From the NCBI GenBank assembly GCA_038496445.1, contig JALMLS010000322.1:1-64000 (forward strand): 64,000 bases of DNA, in the 5' to 3' direction. The notes beneath the pieces are model-generated. The model was given only the letters and a program-made list of their open reading frames with translations. It had not been told where the DNA came from and made no database searches. A program made the position numbers and the translations under genes. Positions 36,047-47,336 of this stretch are shown piece by piece; within the stretch, counting starts at the first letter, position 1, and each line of letters opens with the position of its first letter. The stretch is from Trichosphaerium sp. ATCC 40318 (lineage: Eukaryota > Protista > Tubulinea).

Positions 36047-37668
36047 TTACAATTCGTCTTTGGCAGCTACAGTAATTTAAGTGACAGTTACGGTGCTCTT
36101 GTATGTACCATTTCTCTGACTTTTGAATTTACGCCATGACATATCTTTTGGCGTACGTCTCATTAGTTTTGGAACATCCAAAGCGCTAGAGTGAAATTAA
36201 AACTCATATAATTTATTCAAGTACGTACGCCAGCCGGTCATGAAGCACCTCTGAGGCATAAACACCAGCGCTTTTCTCTTTGCCAAGAATATTTTTTGCT
36301 CTGTTATAGTTAGAACCATCAACGTAGTTACCAGCTGTTGTTGTGTAAGTAACTGAAAAAATATAATTTTGTACCAAAAGCAACAGTGTCTTCCAAGTTG
36401 CGCACCTATTAAGTATTAAACAACGGATTACATTTTACAAGAGCGGAAGCGTACTTGGTGCGGAGAACCAGATGGCACAAACAAGAGTTCTCCCGGCTTT
36501 AGAATACAATGTTGTACTTCTGCTCTGGCGTACAAAGGTCGACTCTGTTCAACATTTGGTTCAAAAGTGTCAATATTAAATATATTCTGCGCTCTGATCT
36601 CATACAAAAATACTGATTGTGCAGGCTTGAATATATTCCTATATGAGCTCTAAGTGATATAGAAAATGTTTGAATCTCACATACCATTCTTTGGTGCCTT
36701 CTGTTAAAAGCATCCAAAAGTTAGAACCAAAAGAGTCAACATGCATTGCACTTTGCGTCCCTTGTGGTCCTATAAACCTGCAAGTAACTGTTAGCAATGA
36801 GTACTTTATTTTTGCATACAGACTAGGCCAGGCATTGATAGGTGGTAGCACTTCGCCATCAACGTCGGGTTTAATGATTTGTAAGAAATCAGGTGAGAAA
36901 TACTTCGGCATTATGAAGTCTTTCATGACATTTGGACATTGCAAAGGGATTGACCAATCATGCATGTATAGTTTATCTTGTCCGCGGTTATACTGAGAAC
37001 TCTAGGATTCTTTAACTAGCTAGTTCTAGAGAGTGTAGATCTCGCTACCTTTGAGTAGCGTTCAACAAACTTAGTTGCAAGTATTTCTTTTCCAGGAGTC
37101 AAACGTGCAAAATCCTGGGTGGTGTCAAAAAAACCTGTAAGCTGGAACTGACCGTTGAATCTGCGTTGAATGCTCGTGGAGATACTGTTGCTTTAGGACA
37201 GTTTTTCTTTAATTCGTTAGAGTAGAGATAAGGCTCATAAACGCACAAATATACTTTCTGGTGTCCAGGGTGTTCCATGGGCGAAAAATGACGCAGCAAC
37301 GTCAGTTATGATGACAGGTTTGGATTTAAGGGCGTAATCGTTGTAAAATGACCTGTATGATAGTCCTTGGCGCCTGTCAATCTGTAGAGGTGCGAGTAAG
37401 CATGTTTTCAGCTAAATGGAGCTAAACTAGCCTCAGTGACTTTGGGTCCAGCTTTAATCTCATCTTGAGTAACTGTTGACTCTAGCTCGTAGATGAAATC
37501 TTCAAGTTGCTGCATCCCTTGGGTAAGCGATAGTGCAACCTGTGTTTGCGCGATATCCATTGCTGCGATCTTCTCACGGAGCGCTTGCTCTGTTTGGGAT
37601 GTACCATGAGTGTATTCGCAAAATAGCGTACAAAACAGTACGAGCACTGCGCCAGATAGTGCTCGCAT
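36047..37668 (-). CDS. JmjC/cupin 2-oxoglutarate oxygenase with signal peptide and C-terminal KDEL
   Basis: FYNDYALKSKPVII, YMHDWSIP, FIGPQGTQSAMHVDSFGSNFWM (HxD), LKPGELLFVPSGSPHQV (distal His); last exon AAKDEL* at 36047-36066. Confidence 0.88.
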
Positions 37669-37798
37669 ACTTGTTGATTATAAATAAGTACACGAAGTGT
37701 CAACGGTTATCAACAGCAATTCGTCAAATTGACTGTTCATAAACTGTCAAATAAGCATTCTAAAACACCCTCACTGCGTAAAATTCGTATTGAGAGTA

Positions 37799-40459
37799 AT
37801 GGCGGCGTTCAACGACTCTCCGTTGGTGAACTTGCCTACGGAATTGTGGACAATCGAGATAATGTCTTCATTTGGTTTGGTGGAGTTGTACAGGATATCG
37901 CGTGTGTCTCGATTCTTTAAAAAACTATGCCGAGACCCAAACTTAAAAATAGTACGCAAAAATCGCTCTATGAGCGCCACGATACCGTATCATTTATCTT
38001 GTCAAAGCCGGCGAAATTTATTCAAGCCATACAATTACAACTGGACAGACAAGACTTTGAAAAGGCTGAGGTACATTATAAATTGAGTACAACACGCACG
38101 TTTAACTAAAACGGTTTAGGAAATTGCTACAATTTGTATTAGAGATTACAAAGATGAAGTACGGTATTCCTACGCGTAGGAGAATTTAAAAACAGCAAAC
38201 CAAGTGAATATTAAGTTATTAATAAAATTTAGGAGTACGGCTACAAACAACGAGCTCTAAGTCGCACCTATACTCAAAAAACAGCTCTGGGTATGTATTG
38301 TAGTAGTACAAATTATCATCTAACTTGTTTTTGTAGCTGTAGAAGATTATCAAATGGCATATCAGATTGCCATAAAAGTACGTATCGTTCAGTCGTTTTT
38401 GACGAATTCATCGGTTGAATGTAGAAAAAGAAGTATGGTGTAGCTCATTTAATCGAATCCCATATATTTTTAACAAGAAGAAAGTATTTAGAGGCGTTTG
38501 ATAGTATTAATAAGGTGCTATCACGTGATACAATATTGTAAAAAAAAGTTTGTATTAACATGAACATAAGGCCATTGCAATTGCCCCAGAAGATCCAAGA
38601 TACTACCATCAGAGAGGTAGAACACTATGCTACATCTCTGCGAGTTTCTAACAGTGAAGTAGCTTTTGTAAGATATAAAATGAACACCAAGAAAATCAAT
38701 TCGAAGGAAGCCAAACACACATTGGAACTGGTTCGTTTTTTATTTCCAACACGTGCCTAATGGTAATTAGGCGGACTATCAAGCAATATTGAAGATAGGG
38801 TCTTACGACAGGATGTATGTGGTAAGTTATTTTACATTAGATAAGTGTGTATAACACTACACAGGTTTGGAATAATATTGGCTTTCTACATTTTGAAAAG
38901 GGTGATTTTGACAATGGTAAGGAACTTCGGTTGCAAGATCCATGACTCACGCTTTTTTTTTAGCATTACTAAGTTATGAAAAATCTGTGGAACAATTACC
39001 GTACCACGTTCGTGCATTATATAATCGTAGTTTGCTGTTCAAACAGCAGGGTAATTGGCATGGTAAGAGAACCAAGTAATTTTCTGTTTACTTTTGTCAC
39101 GTTGTGTCCATAAACTAATTTTCTAATTTACTAAAGGTGCTATGCGTGACTATGAAGCAATGCTTGAAATTAATCCAAAAATCTATGAGCTTCATTACCT
39201 AAAAGCAAGGTAGAGTAGTTTTGTCACATGACGATTTTTCTAATTTTTTTTTACATTCAGGGGCTACTGTGCTCTTAGGAAAACTTCAAAGGCTATAGAA
39301 TCTTGTGAAAAGGCTCTTACAAAAACTACTTTCTACGCTAACGCAGTGTATTTATACATGCATTTATCTCTGACTGAATTTACATTACCAAAGTACGCTT
39401 ACATTTTCCTTTCGGGTTTGTTATTTACAGTTATTGTAATGAAGGTTCAAACGTGCTCTTGCTTTGGTAGATGGCTTACTAGTGTACCATATTGATAAAG
39501 TAGCACAGGAGGTTCGTATCTAAAACGTGGTTTGTCCGTATTAAACAATGGTGTAGTACAAGTCGCTCCCTACTCGCAAATTCATCTATCCCGAGATTCT
39601 GGATATAGAAAAGCAGCAAATGGAAACCAAACAAAGGGTATACGAAGCATCTCTTGGTCTTGTATGGAAAGCAACAGTACAATTTTCTTGCTTGATAGGT
39701 ACGTTGTTTTATTTTTCTTTAAACTTTTCATTTTGGGCTCACGTGCTTTTTGAAATATTAGGTGATATGACAAAAGCAAAGGAGTATTATGATAAACTAT
39801 CTACTCTAAGTACTGTATCTGATATGTGGATTTTAAATATTTTTATGGAGTTCATCATTGATAAAGAATGGAATTTACTCGTTCCACTTGAAGTAGTATC
39901 TCTAAGCAAAGAGCTTTTGGTTTACAACCAAACGTCCTTGCTTACACTTGTAGAAGTACTAGACAAGTTGAAAGATGGCGTACTTCGTCTCGATACTATA
40001 GCAGCACGTGATTTTCGTTTGTTGTCGTTATTAATATGGTGTCGTAGGCTAAAGTGTTTTTATGGCTTAATTTTGCTGTGAGCATGTCACGAACAATGTT
40101 GGTAACGGATAACTATAACAACAGATTGGATGTATTTTTGAATTTGTTGAAAGAGGTAAAACGGTTGATTTGTGATAGTTGTACTGATACACTTCAAGGA
40201 TCGGGCTGGATTCAATGCTGCTACAAGATCGCCATGGTGCTTGCTTGGCATTTATAGATTGCATGCAAAACTGACAGAAGACTCGTTTAAGCAAGTACTT
40301 AATAAAGTAGAAAGGTACGAACTTAAGAATTTTTTGTTCTTTTGGTTGTTACCTTGGGTGACTGACCCTGGTTCTTATTAAAGGCTCCATAAATACCTTG
40401 ATGAGAAAGAGTTTATTACTTGTACGAAAACGCTTGTTGAAGGCATACTATGTAGATAA
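37799..40459 (+). CDS. F-box and TPR-repeat protein
   Basis: N-terminal LVNLPTELWTIEIMSSF...LYRISRVSRFFKKLC; TPR-like exons (VWNNIGFLHFEKGDFD/ALLSYEKSVEQLP, ALYNRSLLFKQQGNWH/AMRDYEAMLEINP). Confidence 0.75.
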
Positions 40460-40630
40460 ATCAAACAGTATTTGGATATGGCCTATCAATAATAACTTCA
40501 TTTGTAAATTCACGTGTATAATACGATCATAAAGTGTGATTTAATATTCCGCTGAACTCATTAAATTAAAATGGTACCTATGCTAACGGCAACTCAGAAT
40601 TTGCCTATGGTCACATAATTACAGAATAAG

Positions 40631-41726
40631 ATGTTCGCTTTTCTCCGCAGTTTCTTGCTTTCTAATGACAGTCCATAAGTTACTCTCTTTCCAGTCAGAG
40701 CAGACTCTGGGTATGTGTATATCGCGGACAAATATAAACGTGACAACGGAACGGTTTCTAAATTAAGTAAAGCACCCTCGGGCTTGCGGCCTAAGAAAGC
40801 TCCAAGTCTAAGAATTTACTTACTTTGACTTACTTATTACAGTACAAACCACAAGCACTGAATCCAATGCAAAGGTTAAACGCCAATTACGCTAGTCGTG
40901 CTTCAGCTAAAATACCAGACCTTGAATGGAGTCCTTCACCAATGAAAGGAGTATATCGGCGCAAAATCGATAGAATTGGTAATGAAGGTACCGAAACGAT
41001 ACAACACTCAAAACAACAAGTAATTCTAATCACTGCAGTCGCTAGATGTACAACTGTTGTCAAATACGACCCAAACGGTAAATTTCACTCTCACACGCAT
41101 ACAGGTACTTATTTGCCGTTAGTGTCAAGCTAATGAGCTGACACGTTTAGGTGGCGAAGAGTTTATCGTCATTGATGGCGAATTTAACGACAAAGAGGGT
41201 GACTACCCTGCTGGAACATATTGCAGGCACCCAATAGGAAGTTCTCATGAGCCTTGGACAGTAAAGGGATGCACAATCTTAGTAAAGTTGCAGTTTATGG
41301 TAGACAAGACAGAAACTGAGTCTACAGTTATCAACTGGAACGACGCTTCCTTGTGGAAGGCTATAAGTGAAGGTCGCCAGCTTCTGAAGTTGTATGAGAA
41401 TAAAAACACCAAAGAGCATGTGTGGATGGAAAGATGGGCTCCTGGATCATCTGTGGACTGGACTGTTGGCTGGGGTGGTGAAGAGTTATTTGTTGTAGAA
41501 GGTAGCTTCAAAAATGAAAAAGGTATGCAGCAAGAAGATTGTTTTTTTCTGTTGTTTTAAAAGTACCTTAGGTGATGAAGATTGTGAACTTCACTCATGG
41601 CTGCGTTTACCGCCTGGTGATGAAGGAAATGAGATCAAGCGTACTACAAAGGATGGATGTTTATTATTCTTTAAACAAGGGCACTTACAGCCATTTGTTG
41701 GCAAGGAAGACCTTGGTTTAAAGTAA
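40631..41726 (+). CDS. ChrR-like double-cupin (cupin_7) protein
   Basis: LEWSPSPMKGVYRRKIDRIGNE/VARCTTVVKYDPNGKFHSHTH/GGEEFIVIDGEFNDKEGDYPAGTYCRHPIGSSHEP; second cupin GGEELFVVEGSF...SWLRLP. Confidence 0.9.
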
Positions 41727-42248
41727 AGTACTTTGGTAGTGCAACAATGCTACTTCTTGTTGTTTCATTACACCATTAAAAAGTAATTACAGGACCTGTA
41801 CCATCATTAGTTTTAGTTAGCACTACTAGCAGCTTTGAAATATAGAACAGCGTAAAAGTGTCTACTAAAACTGCGACATAGAGTTTTTTTGAAGAAAGTT
41901 TCAAAAAACCGAGTTCTATAGGTACAACTATTCGTTGTAGGTTAAACTATAAATGACAGTGCTCAAGTTAGAAAGCCACTAAAGGTTGTAAAGTTACCGG
42001 TACACATAGTGTTTTCATTGGGCAGCATCGCTTTTGAGACAGTTAAGTTGAAAATTACGTAATTTGTGAGATTTACAGGATTTCGAGAATCTTTGACGGT
42101 TTTACTCACCGAACCATCTTATTCTTCAAGCTTAGAACGTTTCGTCAACACATCTCTTCTCAACTAAAAAAGCACCAATTACCCAAAAAAACCACGAATT
42201 CGTATTTTTTCCTTTTCTAGCTTAAGAAGCTTCACTTTCGTTTTCAGT

Positions 42249-42935
42249 ATGAAGCAAACAATAGTTCTGACATTAATAGTTCTTGTCGTATGCATATTTG
42301 GTGTCGCTAATTGCAGCAGGCAGCTTAGTTTCGATGCTATTCTAAAACCGCAATCTTTGGCACTAGAATGGTTTGCAGTACCTGAAACAGTAGAAAACTA
42401 CTGGGTAGCAGTCTACTACGGTGCAAAAAACACAACTGACGTATTCGACGATGGTGTACTGAAGAAACCTGATATCGGTCCTTTGCCATTCAGCGGAGAG
42501 CAATACGGTACAAAGTACTGGAACGGAGATCAATTTAAAAACGAAGACGCTGTTGTGATCGTTGGAACAGATTTTGAGGCTGGTCTTACGTCTGTTGGTG
42601 CTGCAGTGATATCAACATCTACGAGCTACAAACCAGTGCCTATCGAACTTGAAGCAACGTATACTAGAGGTGATAGACTGAGAGTTACATTTGATATCTT
42701 TGATGGTCTAAATCCAAAGAAGAATGAATACTACCTTGGAGTGTTTACAGGACCTGTACCATCTGCTAAAAATCTGGAAGGTGCCACACTTGTTTACCTT
42801 TCAAGTTCATCGTTTAAAGGAACTCAGGACTATTACTTTGTAGACCCGCAAGCTGGTTACTCAGTAGCTTTGTTGACTGGTAATCGCATTCCTCAAGATA
42901 TCATTGCTTATACACCTGTAACTACAATGCAATAA
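42249..42935 (+). CDS. Secreted intronless hypothetical protein (228 aa)
   Basis: Clean single-exon ORF with signal peptide MKQTIVLTLIVLVVCIFGVANC; beta-rich, possibly two similar halves. Confidence 0.75.
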   Translation: MKQTIVLTLIVLVVCIFGVANCSRQLSFDAILKPQSLALEWFAVPETVENYWVAVYYGAKNTTDVFDDGVLKKPDIGPLPFSGEQYGTKYWNGDQFKNEDAVVIVGTDFEAGLTSVGAAVISTSTSYKPVPIELEATYTRGDRLRVTFDIFDGLNPKKNEYYLGVFTGPVPSAKNLEGATLVYLSSSSFKGTQDYYFVDPQAGYSVALLTGNRIPQDIIAYTPVTTMQ

Positions 42936-43147
42936 GTACCAATGTTAAGACAAACCAATAGAAAATCAATAAACGGATTAAGGATTATTGTGTCATTCTA
43001 ATAAACTTTATGCTTACAAGTAAATCACCAGCAAATGCCGATAGTAGTGTCTAATCATGTTATCGGCACAACGTTCACAACAAATGACTGATTGTTTTTT
43101 TAAAACGTGCTTATTTGAAACAAGGACAACAGCTATCCGTTTTTAGG

Positions 43148-43441
43148 GAATGTGTTCTTGAACAGACTTATTCACTTCGTGAAGATATTCTCCGTTATGT
43201 TAATCCTACGCCATACAAGGTATGATTTTACCTGTAAATAACTATCACGTGATTTTGTTACATCAAGTCTAATGCGTTTTAATACTAGGTGTCAGTTGAT
43301 AGGAATCTGTACAAAGTATTTCATGACTTATGGACACATGAGTTACCAATTGAAGATCTACAGGCTATTGCTTGCCTTAATAAAATCTTTTGTAACAAAC
43401 GAACAACCATTCAACTAGCTCTCGTGCGTCTACCATGCTAA
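43148..43441 (+). pseudogene. Orphan C-terminal fragment of nicotinate phosphoribosyltransferase (NAPRT)
   Basis: Two spliced exons read ECVLEQTYSLREDILRYVNPTPYK/VSVDRNLYKVFHDLWTHELPIEDL, matching the eukaryotic NAPRT C-terminus (NPTPYKVSVS..LY..IH.LW..E.P). There is no room upstream for the catalytic domain. Confidence 0.7.
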
Positions 43442-43750
43442 CAGTAGCCTGATAACCCTCTTACTGAGTGATGAACGTCGTTTTGTTTCTACAGGCTCCA
43501 ATATCGTACCAGGTATGCAGTACCAGCGAGTACCTATCACACAATCTTATTTTTTTCCATCTTTGATAGAGGCTTCATTTTGGTCTAAACAAGAAAGTTT
43601 ACACCTAAATCGTTACAACCCCAAGACACTCACACCTCTATGTAAACAACCAAAATATATGCATGTGGTTTTTCGCACGTGGTTGTTCAAACAAGGCAAA
43701 TAGCAACTATTAAGTGTTTGTTTATTGCTACACAATTCGTTATTGTTCTC

Positions 43751-44533
43751 TCAGCAGTAGTCGTGTTCAAACCATAAGACACCAGCTATAAAACCGAATC
43801 TGTTGTACCCAAGAACGAACTTGATGTAACAACGATAGCTCATAACATTAGCTACATGATATGTATCCTTTACGCTGACATCATCCAGATTACCTGAACA
43901 ATAGCTCAATGTCTTTGGATCAAGGCGTGTAACCTTGTCGCAAAAGTTCACTCCTTTCATGCCGATAAGCTTTAGCAAGTTTTGGCCAGATGGAGGATGC
44001 TCTTTACTTTGTTCTGATCTCTTGTGGTTGCTGGTATGTAAAAACCCAACAACTTCGTAGTCTAGATTATAACCATTGCCGTAAGAGAGTCCTTCCGTGT
44101 GTTCAAAGGATAGGTATTCTTTCAAAGATAATAGTGTGAAAAGCCTCTTTTTACAATCTCCAATATCACTTGAGCATGTTGTGGGGTCTAGAAGAAGAGA
44201 TGTTTCCTTTGGCACTAAAACTCTAAACAACTTTTGTTTACGGATTGCCAATCGAACCAAGTTATGTTCAAAGTTACTCTCGTAACTAGAGTGGTCTGAT
44301 ATCTCCTTTTTAATCTCAATTTTCCATAATTGTATGTAATACGCTATCGTTGCTTGTGTAATGCTTTTAGAGATTGTATTTGAGCGAAATGTAAGTGACA
44401 CAGACAAACAAGCGGTAAGTGCTTCCAAGTCTGTTAATAAGACCTTTTTGAGTATCTCTTGTATAATCTCTGGTGGTATTGATCCAAATGAATCAGCTAC
44501 AGCCTCTTCTTTAGACATCGTAAACGAAATCAT
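43751..44533 (-). CDS. Intronless F-box-like protein
   Basis: 260-aa ORF; FGSIPPEIIQEILKKV...CLSVSLTFR is F-box-like. Confidence 0.65.
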   Translation of the reverse strand: MISFTMSKEEAVADSFGSIPPEIIQEILKKVLLTDLEALTACLSVSLTFRSNTISKSITQATIAYYIQLWKIEIKKEISDHSSYESNFEHNLVRLAIRKQKLFRVLVPKETSLLLDPTTCSSDIGDCKKRLFTLLSLKEYLSFEHTEGLSYGNGYNLDYEVVGFLHTSNHKRSEQSKEHPPSGQNLLKLIGMKGVNFCDKVTRLDPKTLSYCSGNLDDVSVKDTYHVANVMSYRCYIKFVLGYNRFGFIAGVLWFEHDYC

Positions 44534-44659
44534 GTGACATCAGAATAAAAATAAATTTCGCCGTTTTTCTACGAAAAAACGAAGTAGTACATGGTTTGAA
44601 CTAGAGCACTTTGGTCTTCCATTAAAGTACTGTTCTAAGGTGGTTGTTTATGTGTCCAT

Positions 44660-45237
44660 TCAAAAAACGTGAACTATCTTTTTGCTATAGAGCTGGTTTT
44701 TTTTACATTCAAGATTAATTGTATGACTTCCAGCAAGTGCTTTAATCCCTGACTCTGAGATCTTCTGACTCTGAGATCTTCTGACAATAGGTAAGATTAA
44801 TAGTGTGTACTCCAGCAAGTGCTTTAATGCCTTCATCTGCAAGGTTCCAACAGTCAGTAAGATTAATGCTATGAAATCCAGCAAGTGCTTTAATCCCTTC
44901 ATCTGTTACAATTTTAAACAAATTAAGATTAATGCTATGAAATCCAGCAAGTGCTATAACCCCATCATTTGTTACAATCTTACAATGAAGACTAATGGTA
45001 TGAACTCCCGCAAAATTTTTTACAAACTTTGCAGGAAAGCAGCTAGCCAAGTCAACCCGTGTGTGTTTCAAACAACTTTGTATGAAATGAATTTTTTCGC
45101 TCCTGTATTACTTCTGTGTATCCAACAATATCGTGAATATAGCTGCAAAGCAACGACAAGTTTGACAAACCGCAAATCGAGCTTTTGTCATAGAACACGA
45201 GAGCTAAAATCTCAGTTGGTATATCCAACAGAATCAT
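44660..45237 (-). pseudogene. F-box + leucine-rich repeat pseudogene
   Basis: LLDIPTEILALVF F-box followed by 24-25-aa repeats 'VTDEGIKALAGxHTINL'. Frameshifts at ~45060 and from a 16-bp tandem duplication at 44751-44782. Confidence 0.8.
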
Positions 45238-45391
45238 TTCGGTGCTAGTAGAAAAGACTTTAGAACGAATTGATTAAAAACGTCAAATAGAGCATTAGAC
45301 ATTACCTTCAACTTGAATTAGCGCTAGATTCCATTATAACCTTATCCCCTGATTTGCGGACTGTGCAATAGCGATGTGCTGAATAATCTTG

Positions 45392-46379
45392 ACACTATAC
45401 GGTTTTTTTTTTTTGATTGACAACAAAGAATTTTCTTGTATCTATTGATTTACTGTTTTAGGTACTGTATTATTCGCTTCAATATTTATCAATGTAACAG
45501 AACAGTTGTGATGCGTTTGTAAGTTGTAATTTATTAATACACAGTTTACGTGATGTCAGGTGAAGTTTGTTGGGAACAACTTACAGGTGTGAAATTGTTA
45601 GTGCGTCTGGCGAGAGCTTCCCATTTGACGTATTTCATTACATGTAATCCATTAGCTTGTTCTGTTTTGGGAGTTGCAGAACAACGTGATTTGTAGGTAT
45701 AAGGTGGTGATGTGTAGTCTGTTAAGTTTAGAATCTAGGTTGGTTGTGGAGATGGATGAGGCATGTAGGTTGTATTCATCAATAGTTTCTGTGTAATTAG
45801 ATTATTGAGGTGTCCTTGGATGATGTGATTAGTATGGGAGACAAAGTCTATATTTAGTTGGTGTTGTTGCATATACAGAAGTGTATAAAGTTTTTGTCAA
45901 TGCATGTGTTGTTTTCAAGGCATAAGGTGAGGCAATTCAAAGCACTTCCTGAGTCGTCATGAGTCTTGATTAGTTCACTTAGCAGGCAGCAAAATGATTA
46001 ACAACACGGCTATAACTTGTAACGATAATAATTGTTATGGCGGTGGGATGTGCTACAAAGGAGAATGTAAATGTTTTTATGGACGCGCTGGTGAATGGTA
46101 GCGAAAAAAATGTTGTGTACAATTGTTCTAATATTGTTTTCACGGTGCGAGCTTGGCGCTGCGAGTACATCACGTGACAACTCATTTTTCTCGAATTAAC
46201 GTTTCATTTCTCGAAGACGGGTTTGTCTTGGCGTATAATTTAGTTTTTGGAGTAATATTTGGGATATTAGGAAGCTATACACTATACGACGGTTTTTTTT
46301 TTTTGATTGACAACAAAGATTTTTCTTGTATCTATTGATTTACTGTTTTAGGTACTGTATTATTCGCTTCAATATTTAT
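45392..46379. repeat. Pair of ~100-bp direct repeats about 890 bp apart
   Basis: 45392-45489 and 46279-46379: acactatacg..gg(t)ngattgacaacaaaga.ttttcttgtatctattgatttactgttttaggtactgtattattcgcttcaatatttat. Confidence 0.9.
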
Positions 46380-47336
46380 AAACCTCATATACCAGTAACT
46401 CGATGACTATAAAAATGTTATGGCTTTTTATTTTCTTCGTATGCGTTGGTGAGTAGTAATGTCGTATATGAATACTTCATATACGTCATTCGTTATCTGA
46501 ATATAAAATTAATAAAAACAGAATTCTCCTTACATCGTACCTGCAACAACTCGTCCTATAACCGTAGCTAAGTTATACGACACCAATACGTTTAGAATTC
46601 ACCTCTAGTTTGTCATTTTGTCATTTTTTTTTATTTGGGGTTTTCGTTTACACAAAACCCGTAAAAAATCTTATTCGAGCGATCAAAACGCATAGTGCTT
46701 TTGTGTACTAACTTATTAATTAAGGGAATTTTTGCTCTGCTCTTTTTGATCCTTTTAATACAAGGAACATTTCTTCAATAGTACAGATGTTGTTTGAACG
46801 AGCCACTAAAGCTGTATATTCTTTTCTGTACCAATATTTGTCTTGAGATTGTGGTATGTAAAAACAACACTTGAAATCCGAGGATGCTTATTTTAGAGTA
46901 GGGCACTTATAGAGCCTAGACCAGGTAAATTTATGAGGTTTTTCACATCTGTATTGTCATGTATATTAGTAGGAGGCACGTTGTTCCATTTTCTTCATGT
47001 TGATTTATGTTTTTTGTTAGCTCTGTTTCTTGTCGAGTTGCTCTTTTGTGCTTGTGTGCATGTATCAGAGGAAGATGCACTTGGCACCACATTAATCAAT
47101 GAATACCAAGTGCATTAGTAAAATTATTGTGGTTTTAGTAGTGGCGAATTTGGGACTTGTACGCGCCTTTTAGAGTTGTTTGGCAACATTATCACTCGTA
47201 GTCGTTACTATCAAGGCGAACTGTACTGAATAAGCGTACTAGTATAGAGAATAATGTTTTAATAAAATAGCGTATTTGTACAACCTCAAGCCAGCACATA
47301 ATATTTTATTGAACAAGAATAGGTTTATTTTAAAGC

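Noticed and set aside
46400-47300. Possible gene between the direct repeats and THOC5
   Set aside because: No consistent exon chain or motif was found.
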